A DNA stretch of 64,000 nucleotides, from assembly GCF_009914755.1 (NCBI RefSeq), contig NC_060929.1. The stretch is one strand, 5' to 3'. Below the pieces are notes generated by a model, which was not told the origin of the DNA, did no database searches, and saw nothing but the letters and a program-made list of their open reading frames with translations. How positions within the stretch are numbered: the stretch's first letter is position 1; every line of letters begins with the position of its first letter. Position numbers and translations under genes: made by a program. The DNA comes from the human T2T-CHM13v2.0 reference genome, Homo sapiens. Shown in pieces: positions 1 through 12,852 of this stretch.

Positions 1-69
1 TGCTGGAATACTCTAAGAGGTAGCATCCTAACCAGCGACGGAAGATGAGTTTGGCATTGCAGACTGCAG

Positions 70-145
70 TCATAGAAGCAGGCAGATTTCTAGACATTTG
101 CTGAGGCACTTGGAAGCTTTCCTGCTATCTCGATTCATGTTCTTC
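70..145 (-). CDS. Candidate terminal coding exon of micro-exon gene: (W)KNMNRDSRKASKCLSKCLEICLLL*
   Basis: Minus-strand acceptor ttgacttctctctgtacag|G at 146; phase-2 reading gives 24 codons ending in CaaX box CLLL then TGA (70-72). Confidence 0.5.
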
Positions 146-1127
146 CTGTACAGAGAGAAGTCAAGTCATTTTTTTCTTGGCATCTTGTGAACAATGGGAG
201 ATCAGGAACACTGGAGAGAAAGAAGAGACAGTGTTGCCTTTCCTTAAAGGATAAAACAGATCTCTGAAGAACACTGCTTTCTACTTCTTTAAGGGCTCCT
301 CCGAGTTGATCTGACACCCAACCACTGGAATCAAGAAATGCTGTTGGGCAGGACTTTCTAAAAACTGAACTTTAAACTTCCTCTTTTGAACCTTGAGCTA
401 TGACGCAATGGGAGGAAGGTTATGTTCTCTTCCTTTCACCCCATGCAAAATTATCAGACCTACTGAATGAAATGAATTGTGCAATATTCCAAGGAAACAC
501 ATTTCTGTTTCATTTTAGGCAGTATCTGTACTGTGAGCGATTTGATTTTTCCCATTGGCCTCGTGATTGCCCAGTTTTAAAGCAAGAATTCCTCCATGTT
601 TAGCTTTATAAATAATGCTTGAATATTTCACAAGCCAATTTTAATTGTATCAGTCACTTTGGAGCAAAATCTCTACCAGTTATATCTTCATTAAATTTGA
701 TCATTTAACTTTAAAGGGAAGGTAGAATAAATTTATCCTTATGAGTTGCAAAGACCATCTAAAGTTTAGATCTAATTAGCAAGCTGAAGTTATATTTCAT
801 AGTGTTTTATAAAGAATTGAATTCCCTTATTAGCATTCATGATTTATAATAAATAAGAGTAGAGAAGTGACTGCATAAAAATTTAATCTCTATCAGCTGA
901 ATGGTTGGACTTTTAATTATGAAGCTTTTTGCTTTATGTTGAAGAAAATGTCCTCTTTCACATTGCTAACTTGTTAATTATTACTATTAGATGCTCTTCA
1001 CTTATTTCTCTTTATTTTTCTTATCAAAATTTATTATGAGAATATTCTTTGGAATATTTATGGTAATAACATTAAAATATCATTCAATAAGTTCAGATCT
1101 TTTAATAACAAGAAAGGTTAGCCATAC

Positions 1128-1146
1128 CATTGAGAAAAAAAGTTCA
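1128..1146 (-). CDS. Candidate 19-nt micro-exon (V)NFFSQ(W)
   Basis: tttttgaatttttcctcag|TGAACTTTTTTTCTCAATG|gtatgg; phase links to the CLLL frame. Confidence 0.42.
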
Positions 1147-1323
1147 CTGAGGAAAAATTCAAAAACATTAATAATTATTTTCAGTAGCATGACATATTTG
1201 TTTTCGACAGACAACTGAAAAAAATAAAATCCAATACACCAAAATCACAGAAGAAACTGCTCCTTTCATTCTTTTAAATCATTTTAAAAATCTGTTTCTT
1301 TAATAAAATGTAATTACTTTTAC

Positions 1324-1329
1324 CCTCTC
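1324..1329 (-). CDS. Possible 6-nt micro-exon (G)E
   Basis: ggaattttctag|GAGAGG|gtaaaa; frame-neutral, moderate acceptor. Confidence 0.22.
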
Positions 1330-1929
1330 CTAGAAAATTCCTAGTTTCTCAGAAAGCGACCTCCTTTCTTCAAATCTTCATCTGATTTTTTGTGTGAGAT
1401 TTCTAAATTACCTTCCACATGAAAATGATACTTTCATCAACTTCTTTGTAAAACTTTTCTACCAACCTTCAACTCACAGTAATTTTTCAAAGTCATATAA
1501 AGATATAAAAGCATGCTTTAGGAGGATCTTAGAGTTTGTGGAAGGCCATGTCTGCATGTAGACCATGCTATATCATTCCTGAGATGTGTGCCATAATGGG
1601 AAGAGAAATGATTCCCACATTTATCTGTGTGGTATCAACTGAGGCTTTCCAACATGTCTGTAGGTAGAGTCTGTCTATGGTCAAGTTGTGAAGGAAGCAA
1701 AGTGCTTGTCCACTTGATCTTTAAGCCTATGTTTCTCTCCTTCTTCATCCATGTCTCAATGGCACCCAAAGCCTTCATGCTGTCACCTCTCTGCTTTAGG
1801 TCCTGTTGTACTGATTATGTTGTAGTGCTTCAATTCTTATAGCAGACTGCTAATCAATAACCAGCCTGTTCTCTCTAAATTTCATATCCCAGCCTCTCTT
1901 GAAGTTGGTATGAACAGGCTACTGAGTTC

Positions 1930-2190
1930 CAGGCAATGTAATGTGAGCAAAGTAAATTTCTTCACTTCCTGGGTGAGCTCTTACGAACCTCTCAAAGGTG
2001 GATCCTCCATGTCTCCATATTTCCTCCCACCCTTTGGTAACCTTGGTAGCTATAAGTTGAAGACAGAGAAACTGACATATGAAAGGTGCCTGAGTACCTA
2101 ATTCATCATTTATAGAAAGCTGCTTGCCAGGAAAACCCATTTGGACTATTCATAGTGATAAATAGTCTTTCGTCATAAAATATTGTATAC
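1930..2190 (+). mobile_element. Old MaLR LTR fragment (MLT1-type)
   Basis: Resembles MLT1J/K 3' half (gttgaagacagag...cctgagtacctaa...agctgc...ttggact...aaata); boundaries approximate. Confidence 0.4.
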
Positions 2191-4317
2191 CTAGATATTT
2201 AAGATGAATTAGAATAAATATCAGAGTTTCACAGGTGATGTTTATATTCTCCCACTGATCCTCAACTTCTGTTTTTTCCTAACAAAATTTGCCAGTTCCT
2301 AATTCTATTTTGTCCCCTGATAAACAATAGTGTCCCTGTATGACTACCTCCTACTTCTACTACCTAACACAATAAATCCTTCATCTTTGCTTTTGAAGTT
2401 CTTTTGGGCCTAATTATTCCCACGCTCCAGGAAAATTATTTTAATTAAAAAAATGAAAAATTCAGGAAAACTGTCCCTTGGAGACAATTAAGTCAGTTTT
2501 CTTGGGAGAGCTCTGGAGCTCTTTGTTCTTATGGCCTGCCTCTCTTACTAGGCATAATCTCTGTCCTGCTGCTCCAAAGCTGGAGGCAGGAACAGTGGTC
2601 TGCTTCTCTTGGACTGAGGCAGTGCACTGGCGGGTAATCATTGGCCTTCCTGGCTTCCTTTCCCCAACAGGGGAACTTCTTCTGTGAGCCAGCTGGGGTA
2701 AGGGTGATCTGGTTCCCAGTATTCTTGGCTTGCCTTGCCTAGAATGGAGCCTCCATCCTATGAGTGGAGGCTGGTAGAGGAAGAAAGCCTCCAACCTCAC
2801 AAGTGTACTCTCCTGGAATTTAGTCTCTTCAGTACAAAGGTGAAGGGAGGGTATGAGTATGAGACATGCTGGTGGTCTTCCTCTTCTGAGGATATATGTT
2901 GGCCCTTGACTGGGAACTGGGAGGAGGGAGAACCCTATTTTCTCAGCCACACCCATCAGAGTGGAACTTCTGTTATGAGGAGATAGAGAGAGGGGTGAAA
3001 ATGCTGCTGCTCAAGTGATGCAAAATCTCCCTATTCTTAGAGAGATTAAATAGAGTTTTTGAAACACTGTTTCTTAAATTTCTGTATGCCTTAGGACAGT
3101 TACCTGGGGCTGCAAATGATTGCTTGTTTTTAAAAGTAATTTTCATCACTTGCGTTTGGGGAGAGAGTGTGCAGAGCTCCTCACTCTGGCACTCAGAAAC
3201 TGTCTTATTATACTTTAATAATTTTTAGAATTGTCTTGAGTTCTATATAATTTTTATTCACTTTAATAATTTATATTCGTGTTTCTTATTGTGTTTTAAG
3301 CAATATTTATTTTCTTTTTATTCATTTAAGTTTGCCTTGTTTATATGAGTTTTGTTTTCTTCTACTTCTCGTTGGGCTTTATCAGCTCATCTTTTATTTT
3401 CTCTGTTGATTTCTCATCTCTATATGTAGAAGACTAATGCAAAATTTTCTTTAAAAAAATCATGATGAAACATGATCTCTTTATCTGTTTCCTGACTGGT
3501 TTTCTCATCAGTGTATTCTGCCACTTTTGTTGTTGTTTCTTTCCTATAATTTTTGTGTACTACAATTGTATAGATCTTATGATGGTATACTTTTTATTTC
3601 TCATTTGTGATGCAGCAAAGTTTTTTCTAAATAAATTATTTACACATGTTCTATGTGAAGGAGAAATCAAGGTCAACGACTAGTCTAAAGGAAATTCTCC
3701 TTATAACCTAGTTTTGTGTCAGTTCATTTAGCTTTTGCTGTCTCGTCAATAATATCAGAGAGCTGCAGAATTTTAAACAATGCAAAGCTTCTCTTTCTCA
3801 CTATTCTGCCTCTGAATTTTTCCTGTAAGTAGCTTTTCTTGGTGATTCTCATATCCTTTGCTTCTTAGAACAAAACCTATTCTAGAGAATCTCTTATTGC
3901 TAATCTGTGTGTGCTTTTACTGCAAAAAGGATTTAAGTTTTACTCCCCAGGATATGCTTCTCACTTTTAAGAAGTATATTTTCTGTGTTTTGCTGTGATT
4001 TGGAACCATGGCTTTCTTTCTCTGCTTTCATATACCCTACTCTAATCAATCTTTACTTTTTTAGTAGCCATTATACCCATTTTCCTCTCTGTAATGTTTA
4101 GCTTTATCCTACTTTTATAAAAATGGAGAATAATTTTATATTTTTAATTATCCTCTTTGCCTTTGTATGACTTTTTAGAATAGGAGGAAAATGCTAGCAT
4201 CTTCAAACATAAACTTAATAAGGGTTATTACAAAGTGATGCTTATAATGAGATTTCATAAATGTCAATCACATATGATTATATAGATATTGGAGATCACT
4301 CTTTCTACGCAAGATAC

Positions 4318-4326
4318 CATTTTTAT
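4318..4326 (-). CDS. Candidate 9-nt micro-exon (N)KN
   Basis: gtctgactttttctgtag|ATAAAAATG|gtatct, with CTGAC branch-point motif. Confidence 0.4.
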
Positions 4327-4652
4327 CTACAGAAAAAGTCAGACTGCACCAGTGACAGCTTGTTTTCAACCTCTGCCCCCAGCTTTATCTTTAGCGCATA
4401 GTGCTCATATATGTAGTAATAGATAGCAATGCAGTTGAAATAATTTTTCTGCTACAACTAATCAGTAGGATTTTAATTAAAGATATAAACATGTGATCAC
4501 ACTGTAATACATGGGAATATTTTCATTCATGTACTAACATGAGAACAAACAAATTTTTCACACTAGTGAGAGTTGGAGGTGGTCCATGTTTGAGTTATGC
4601 AGCTCGGCTTGATTTTAATATTTATTAAGTTCTCTCTCTCCCTCTCTATGTA

Positions 4653-4654
<2 letters not shown>

Positions 4655-4692
<38 letters not shown>
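4655..4692. repeat. (TG)19 microsatellite
   Basis: Direct reading. Confidence 0.95.
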
Positions 4693-4696
<4 letters not shown>

Positions 4697-4934
4697 GATA
4701 TATATCCATACTTCCTTCCTTCTCCTTTAAAGATTCACCAGGGTAGCCTACTAGTTTAGAATAACGCCTGTCAAGCTATTAAATACTGTTTTAGATGGTA
4801 TAACTCCTTATGGGCCACCTAATTGAGTCAGCATTAGTGAAGAATATAAATATCATCTGTGCAAATACAAAAAAATATTAGATATATAGATAGAAAAAAA
4901 CAAAACTTATAAGCAAACAAACCCAGTCTGTGGA

Positions 4935-5664
4935 GCCTACATATCATAGGATTCAAATGATATGGCATTCTGAAACAATCAAAAGACTAGATATATTAAA
5001 ATGATGAGTAATTACCAGAGATTTGGGGAGAGGGTTGAATGAGTGAAGCTTAGGCAAGTTTTTTCAGTATATGAAACTGTTTTGTATGATATTATAATAA
5101 TAGATACATGATACTGTGCATTTGTTAAAACTCCTAAAACTTTACAACATAACCATAATATATGCAATTTTAAAAAATCATTTAGGAGATTGAGTGATCT
5201 TGGGAAAGAACACAGATTATGACAAGAGAACGTAACTGTGTTACAAGTATATAAAACAACCTCAATGAGGAAGATGGGGAAAAAGATGGTGACCTAAGTA
5301 ACTTTGGAAATGAATGGAGCCTGTAAGATCAATGGCAAAAGAAACCATGAGTAAGCACTGTACCCTAGTTGAAAACGTTTTCCTACGGAGGTATGGTTTA
5401 ATAATTCTCATACCATTATATGTGTATACTGGAATTGAACAATTAAGTAAATATTTGAGGAAAGATGGAGCCAGATTTCTTGTGTTTCTTCTTATTGGGG
5501 TGGAAAGTTACAGACAAGGGGAGGAAGTTAGAATGATCTATGTAGAAATGCATTAGAATGGAGACATTGGTATGAAGTCATGTTTAGCTTATTATAAATA
5601 AAAGTGGTCACACAGAGAGATATTAATAGATATGTGTATGTTGTATGTACATGGGTTATTACAT

Positions 5665-5708
<44 letters not shown>

Positions 5709-5890
5709 TCTTGCTTTGTCATCCAAAATCAGCACAAGTAAAGCCCAGATTTGGGTTTCTACCACCTTTCTCTAATACCATTTATCAGAATCCTTGAAGA
5801 AATTGCTCATTCTAAGACTAGAGAAGGAAATATACAAGATTAGTTTAGGGCATTTTATAGTGCCAGAAAGTAAGGAAATGTATAAAACCA
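4935..5890 (+). mobile_element. L1MC3-type LINE-1 3' UTR, containing (CA)18 at 5666-5701
   Basis: Diagnostic L1MC3 3' segments (gacctaagtaactttggaaatg; ctggaattgaacaattaagtaaat; gtgccagaaagtaaggaa). Confidence 0.8.
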
Positions 5891-6989
5891 AAGCTTTGTA
5901 AAATGTGGGAGGAATTCCATAATCATGTCTGTCAAGGACATATTTTCATTCTCAGAAGAAAAACATTATACAATCACTTAACATACACCTGTGCTCTCCT
6001 ATTCCATGGCATCCCTCTTTAAAATTTTGGAAACTTATATCTCTGGGTGAAAAAAAAAATTACAGAACCCTACAATGGTTTAATATGTTGGGAATTTTTA
6101 AATTAAGACATTTTGATGTATATCTGCATTTCATTAACACTTTTCTAATTCATGTAATTTTCTTTTCAACATTTCCTCTATCTCCCTGTGGAACCATTAA
6201 AAGTATAATAGGCTCTGTTTTTTTCTTCCTGGCTACTTAGACTCAGTTACTCTGGAAAGAAGAGCTCTCTTTTACACTCATGCTGTCTAAACCAAGAAAC
6301 TATAAGCTTTGGGTTTTCACTATTTTGTACTTAGTACTTAGAAGTATTTTTGGAATTTGGTATAATTGGTACACAACACATTTTTGAGAAGAGGGAAGGC
6401 AGGCAGAGAATAGGTTCGCTGTGCAGCTAACGGACTGTGTGTGCACAGCTTGGAAGACAGTGTGTTCCTGGGGGATGGGAGGAAAGTGTTTACTTCTTGA
6501 CAAAATTAGAATTTTATTTAATAAGATTTACTGGTAGAGTAGCATGCCAAATTATAGAAAGAATAGGACAAAATAGTGAAGATTGTATTGTAGGATTGTA
6601 GGATCATGGTATTATATTGTGAAAGGAAAGAATAATAGGAGGTGCCAATGGAGTCATAAACCTTGACTACAGCATGGAGGAAATTTGCCTCACGGGTATT
6701 TTCCCACTCATTTATTCTATTTATTTGGTTGTGCTTCAAGGCAGGATTGTTTGTATCAGAAATACGAACTAGAAGTAATCTCAGGTGGAAATTCTGCTTT
6801 TAATTTTAAATATTCTGAAGTCTTAAAATTACATATACCCAGAGAGTATCAGCAGGATGTAGGGAAGTCAGCATAAATTAATTCTTTTACAGGAGAACTC
6901 ATGGGTCAATTTAGCATTTTGTGTCCCCCACCACGACCCTGGTAAGTCAAGGAAGATGAGAGTAAATTATGCCAATACCTGCTCCAACT

Positions 6990-7441
6990 CCTCTAACTTT
7001 TACTGTCTTGCTGCACTCCAACCTGTCTCCAGCTGCCAGTGCCTGAATTTTTACATGAAAGATTCTCTAAGCCAGGAGCTCACAGGCACAGCCAGCCTGA
7101 AATGCCAGGGAATTACTGCCCTCCCCTCACCCCCACATCCTGAAATGATGACTGACTGGAGTCAGTATATAAGTGCCTTAGTTCCCTCGCTTCTTCAGTG
7201 GAATAAGTCTAATTTTTTTTTCCAGATTTCTCCAAAAATATTAAGATCCAGTTATCCACAGGGATAACTCATTTAATAACACACACTTTATTGATTGCAT
7301 TCCCTTTCATCCTTTCCCTGTCTCGTTTTTCCTGGGGCTATGGGAGGGAAGTAAAGTGCAGCACTCCTACTGGTGTTTCCTAGACAATCATTTCTCCATC
7401 AAATCACTCCCACTCCTTCTGGAGGAAGCCGACTAAGTACA
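6990..7441 (+). mobile_element. LTR16-family (ERVL) solo LTR
   Basis: cagcctgaaatgccagggaatta...tgactgactggagt...tataagtgcc...ctttattg...ttctggaggaagccgactaagtaca. Confidence 0.7.
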
Positions 7442-8011
7442 GATACATTTGACATAATTTTATGCAGAAACATAATTAATTATTTTTTATTTATAGATGT
7501 CATGGCTTTCTTAATTCTCCTGTCAGGTTATTGCTTATTCTCTCTAGAGTGTTGTGGGAGGTCAGACTATATATGTCTCAGTGTCAACCCTCCTTCTCCA
7601 ATTCTCATATTTCTTTAATCCTTGGAATTTCTGAAAATGACATGATGCAAAAAGAATATTTTATAACACATCATTTTATATACAAAATTTCCCTCGGTGT
7701 CTTGTTCATAATCTAAACTCTTCGTTATTAATATCAATATGTAGGCTCTTGCTAGCCCTAAACAGCAATAGGGGAAAAAATGGTTATTTACTATTTGTTT
7801 TTAGAGACTTCTAGATTAAATTCCTCTCTAAATTTTAAAATATGTACAAGACCTATATTACTTTTTAATTTACTGTATGACATGAGTTAAGCATAGGTAA
7901 TAAGATATTCCATGTGCATTTGCTTCATGTAAATTTTACACATTCTTAGTGATAGCCTGATGAAATAGAAAATATAGTTTAACAAATTCTTACAAAATGG
8001 TATTTACTCAC

Positions 8012-8015
8012 TTGT
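8012..8015 (-). CDS. Candidate 4-nt micro-exon ACAA
   Basis: tttttcttttcttgtaattctttgcag|ACAA|gtgagt: very strong acceptor and near-consensus donor. Confidence 0.45.
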
Positions 8016-8384
8016 CTGCAAAGAATTACAAGAAAAGAAAAAATGGGATCCTCTAAAAATATCTGCATTTGCATCTTTAATTAATGCAGAATATTTTCCT
8101 TATAATTCTCTTCTTAAGGAGCATGAATGTCATATTGTCTTGTATAAGGTAAAGGAGAATCTAGGATTTAAAATCTTATTCTAGAAACAACTGTATCTAC
8201 TATTTATAAAAACTGGAATTTTTGGAGCAGAGTGGGTGGTAGGAGGCATACAATTTAAAAAAATTAGAGCATTCTCCAACATAACAAATATTCTGCCTAT
8301 GTCTGCAGCTGGGCTGTTCTAGTCTTACCAGTCAGAAATGATAACTCTTTTAGCCAGTCTTTACATGACATTTGTGGAAATAAT

Positions 8385-8760
8385 AAGCTTTCATTTTGTT
8401 GCTAATGATATAAACTCAATCCAAACTAGCTAAAGCAATAGAGAGGGATTACTGGTTCACACAAAGTGGAGATCCAGAAGTAGAACTGCCTCTAATAGTG
8501 TCTGAATACAGTGTTTCAAATGATGATACACAGATTATGCCTTTCAGTCTCTCAATTCTGCTTTCCCTTTTGTTGGCTTTTTACCCATTTCTGGCACTAT
8601 ATGTGGTTGCCAAAATAGTCAGCAACTGCCCCAGGTTTACACTGTCTTTAAAGTTTTTATGTTGGAATCCATGCCAGTCCTTTCAAAGGACTCTGTGGCT
8701 TTGATTGAGTTCCAGGTCAATCCACTGTGCCAATCTCATTGTGTCATTATGATTGCCCAA
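8385..8760 (-). mobile_element. MLT1J/K/L-type MaLR LTR
   Basis: ttgttgctaatgatataaactcaatccaaactagctaaagc...ttactggttcac...tccagaagtag pattern. Confidence 0.55.
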
Positions 8761-8859
8761 ATTCAGTATCCATAAAATATTCTTAAAGAATAAAATTTCA
8801 CATTTTGGGATGGGGGTACAGACACCAATATATAAACAAAATGAATCAGCAAGGTATTT

Positions 8860-9450
8860 TCAGATACTGAGAAGTACTGTGAAGAAAATGAATTTGGATT
8901 CTATGATGGAGAGTGACTAGAATGTCAAGTTCAGGGTGAGCAATAATGGGCCTACTGAGGATAAATATTTGGGCAAATGTATAAATGACAAGAGTTTACA
9001 TTTCAGGCCAAGAACACTGCATTGCCTGGGCATGTTTGAAGAGCAAAAAGAAGGACAGTATTACCAGAGAATAGTGATTCAAGAGCCGTAATGGTAAGAG
9101 TAAGATCATGGGCATAGAAGACCACATTAAGGGGTTTACACTTTTACTAAGGTGAATGCGCAACCATTGGTTGGTGTTCAGCAAGGAAAGAATAGGATAT
9201 AATTCATAAGTTTTTGGAAGAAAAATATTTTGGATGTGGGTTTGTAGGAAAGTCTATAGAGAAGTAAGAAAGAAAACTGGGAGCACAGTTGAGAATCATG
9301 GTGGCATCACTGTGGCCCATACAAGTTATTTGGGCTGAGTGGTAGAAGGAAGATGAGTAAAGTAGACTTATTTATATATTTTAAATAAAGAGATTCCTGA
9401 TAAAACAGATGTGAGGAATGCAGGAGAGATGACAATCATGAATGACTCCA
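8860..9450 (-). mobile_element. L2 LINE fragment
   Basis: Antisense L2 3' region (gcctgggcatgtttgaagagcaaaaagaagg; caaccattgg...cagcaagg; catgaatgactcc). Confidence 0.65.
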
Positions 9451-9459
9451 CATGATAGA

Positions 9460-9590
9460 ATTAAATCTTCACAGCAATCCTGTAAGGTAAGGACATTATC
9501 TGTGTTGTACAATGAAGCTTCTGAGGCTTCAAGAGGTGAGTAAATTTCCCATAGCAGTGGGGGGCAAAGTAGGACTTTAATCTCAGTTTT
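9460..9590 (-). mobile_element. MIR SINE
   Basis: taaatcttcacagcaatcctgtaaggtaagg...ctgaggcttcaagaggtgagtaaatttccc. Confidence 0.65.
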
Positions 9591-9630
9591 TATTGCTGTT
9601 GGTCTTGTTCAATCTAAAGACTTTCTACTA

Positions 9631-9901
9631 CAGCTGTCCCTCTCTATCTGAGGAGAATTAGTTCCAGGACCCCAGGAGATACCAAAATCTGAACATATTT
9701 AAGGCTCACAGTGGATGATATGGAACCTGCAAATAGGAAAAGTTGGTCCTCCATATATGCAGAATGGCAATACTATATTTTGGTCTGTGTCTGGATGCAG
9801 ATGCAGAACCTGCTGATCCGAAGGACCAACTGCATTTATTTTAAAATCTTCTTGTAAGTGAACCTATGCAGTTCCAACTTGTGTTTTTTATGGGTCAACT
9901 G
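9631..9901 (+). mobile_element. MER8/MER2-type Tigger MITE
   Basis: Termini cagctgtccc...gggtcaactg flanked by TA duplications (9629-30, 9902-03); internal gttccaggacccc...taccaaaatc. Confidence 0.85.
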
Positions 9902-10408
9902 TATATGGGTTGGGGTCATAACCTAAAAACCACAGTCTCGAGTACTATAATCCCAAATGTTCAAATCTTGAAAGATCAGGATCCCAAAAATATATTTCTG
10001 GAAAAAATAATTTTAAAAATTCTTTAAAAGATATCTATTTACATTTTTAAAAGGGGATTTGAGATTAATAGTAATAGAGATTATACAATAAAATAGACAA
10101 TAGCATACATATTTTACAAGCATAAACATTTAGGTATACTAACTAACAACAGTCATGCAGATATGACAGTTCTGAGCAGACAAAACATATTCACAAAGAA
10201 AGAGATTAAAGAGCAAAATGTATAAAGACATATTGCTACGGATGATAATTGTATACACCCAGCTTTATGACTCTGGTCACGTGAAATACCGTGATGAAAA
10301 ACCTAAGTCTTTCAATGAGATTGATTACAAACCATGATGGCTCATCACCACATATGCAGTTGCCTAAGGAGTCAAAGTATCAAGAAATATTATCTTTCAC
10401 AAATGTAG

Positions 10409-10767
<359 letters not shown>

Positions 10768-11377
10768 TGAGAAAGTTTCAACATTTTCATGTACATGCAC
10801 AATACTTCACAGGCAAAATCAACTTTATGATCATGCATTTTGTGAAGTAAAATTCGCAAAAAAAAAAAAAAAAAGCATAAAATGAGTTAGAATTCCCTAA
10901 AGGTCTTTACACAATTTATATCTCTGGGTACTGGAAATGATATGAAGATGAAATACATAGTGTAGCAAATTGGTGCTATGTGTGGAGGGGCAGAAGTCTT
11001 ATGATAGAATAATTTCCTAGAGGAGATTTCTTGTAGTTTTTACCTGTGTGCTCACCCTTTCTATGATCTTCAAAACATTCCCTGCAATTGTATTTGGACA
11101 GTGGTTGTGGCCTACAAATTTTGTAAGTATATATATATATAATAATCAGACTATATATTTGACAGTGTGATTATTGCTCTGCTGTTGCAACTAAATGATT
11201 TTTTGCTTTTGCAGCACCAACAGTAATTAACTTTTAAAACTTTTATCTTTTGCCGTTAAGTAGCCTCTTACTCTTATAATAGCCTTTTTTGCCAGGGAAC
11301 AATTTCACAGACCTCTTTCATTGTGTTGTAAGGAATACAGTAAAAAGGAATGATATTTGGCTTCCCCAATACCAAAT

Positions 11378-11441
11378 CTGTGTTGATCAGGATTCTCCAG
11401 AGAACCAATAGTTTAGATGTATATGTATATGTGTGTGTGTG

Positions 11442-11488
<47 letters not shown>

Positions 11489-11511
11489 ATATCTATCTAT
11501 CTATATCTCTG

Positions 11512-11550
<39 letters not shown>

Positions 11551-11957
11551 CTATCTATGAGGAGATTAGGGGAACTAATTTATGCAATGATGGTGGTTAG
11601 GAAGTCCTAAAAGAGGCCATCTGTGAGCTGGAGACCCTGTGAGGCCAGTAGTGTGGCTCAGTCTAAGTCCAAAGGCTGGCGAGTCTGGAGTTCTGAGGTC
11701 CAAGGCAGCAAAAGAAAAATCTGTCACAGCTATCAGAGAAAGACCAATTCACCTTCTGCATTTGTTCTCTCTGGGCCCCCCTTCTATTAGATGGTGGCTG
11801 CCCCAACACCGACAGCAGGTATTCCACACCTAGTCTACTCTGACTCACATTAATCTTCTCTGGAAACACCTTCACAGGTATACTCAAAATAGTGCTTCAG
11901 TGGGTTTCAAAGTATTCCTTAATCCAGCCAAAGTGACACCTAAAATTAAGTCCCACA
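11378..11957 (-). mobile_element. MLT2-type ERVL LTR carried inside Ricksha
   Basis: caggattctccagagaa...ccatctgtgagctggagacc...ttctctggaaacaccttcacag...aatccagccaaagtgacacctaaaattaa; followed by ERVL internal 3' sequence to ~12090. Confidence 0.75.
11418..11556. repeat. Compound (TG)n(TA)n(TG)n(TCTA)n microsatellite
   Basis: Direct reading. Confidence 0.95.
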
Positions 11958-12432
11958 AGTCCACTCCTTGGTAACCTGGCACCCATAAACACATCTCTTT
12001 AACTCGTACTTAATTTCCAAATAAAGAAAATAATAAGGTATTAGTTCCACCTAACATGAAACCACTAACATGATGCAACTCTTATACGCAACTAAAAATG
12101 CATGAATCTCTTTTCTAGAATTTGGCTTCCAGGATTTCAGCATTTGGGATTTTAATCTTTTAAGATTATAATTTTCAGCATTTTAGACATTGGAGATTTG
12201 AAACTTTAAAAATTTTGATTTTTGAAGATATTGATTTTTAGGGATTTCAACATCTGGAGTAATGGCATTCAGGATTGTGTCTTTCAGGACTATAATCAGC
12301 ACCACTGCCATATCGCACTACTAACAAGAAAAATACATTTTATTAAATTCACAAAGGAAGGATAAGAACTTGACAGCAGCTTAGAACTAGCTGAAGGAAG
12401 CTTCCTTTGCTACTGAAGTCCTTGTGACTTAC

Positions 12433-12437
12433 TTTCT
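12433..12437 (-). CDS. Possible 5-nt micro-exon (E)K
   Basis: atttaatgtattatag|AGAAA|gtaagt; needed with 12845-12852 to keep the frame. Confidence 0.28.
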
Positions 12438-12844
12438 CTATAATACATTAAATATCTATGATATGGAGATTTTAAGACTAATGATAAACTCTTCTTATTT
12501 ATCTTCTCAATAAATATGATCCACTTATGGAATTCAAAAATCTGGTTATGTCTGTTATAGATATAAAATAAATTCCTAAAGAAAGTTTAAGCATGATGCA
12601 TTTTAAGAACAAAATGGTGAGGAGATAATTACTAAATATGAGTGTTTGATTGAGGAAAATTACAAAGAAATGGTCTTTTCCACTAAAAGAAATGGAATTT
12701 AAGCCACCACTGTGTGGGACTAGGGAAATTGCTAAGCATGAAGCACAGATGAGTGACAGAACCAAAAAGACCTGTCACGAGCTATTATCCTGTGAGGAGT
12801 AACTAGAGGCAGGAATGTAGAAGAGTGTACTGAAGATTGCTTAC

Positions 12845-12852
12845 CAAGAGGA
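12845..12852 (-). CDS. Possible 8-nt micro-exon (Y)PL (alternative: 12926-12936)
   Basis: actcttataatgcaag|TCCTCTTG|gtaagc; good donor, weak AAG acceptor. Confidence 0.25.

Noticed and set aside
135-317. 60-aa minus ORF near the terminal exon
   Set aside because: Non-ATG start, runs through the acceptor, no recognisable homology.
1167-1214. Strong acceptor at 1215 opening LSVENKYVMLLKNNY*
   Set aside because: No good nearby donor and too close to the 1128-1146 candidate; could be an alternative end but is unsupported.
2462-2986. 164-aa and overlapping ORFs in a GC-richer patch
   Set aside because: No protein similarity; the patch and following T-rich DNA look like a decayed ancient L1/HAL1-type relic that I could not name.
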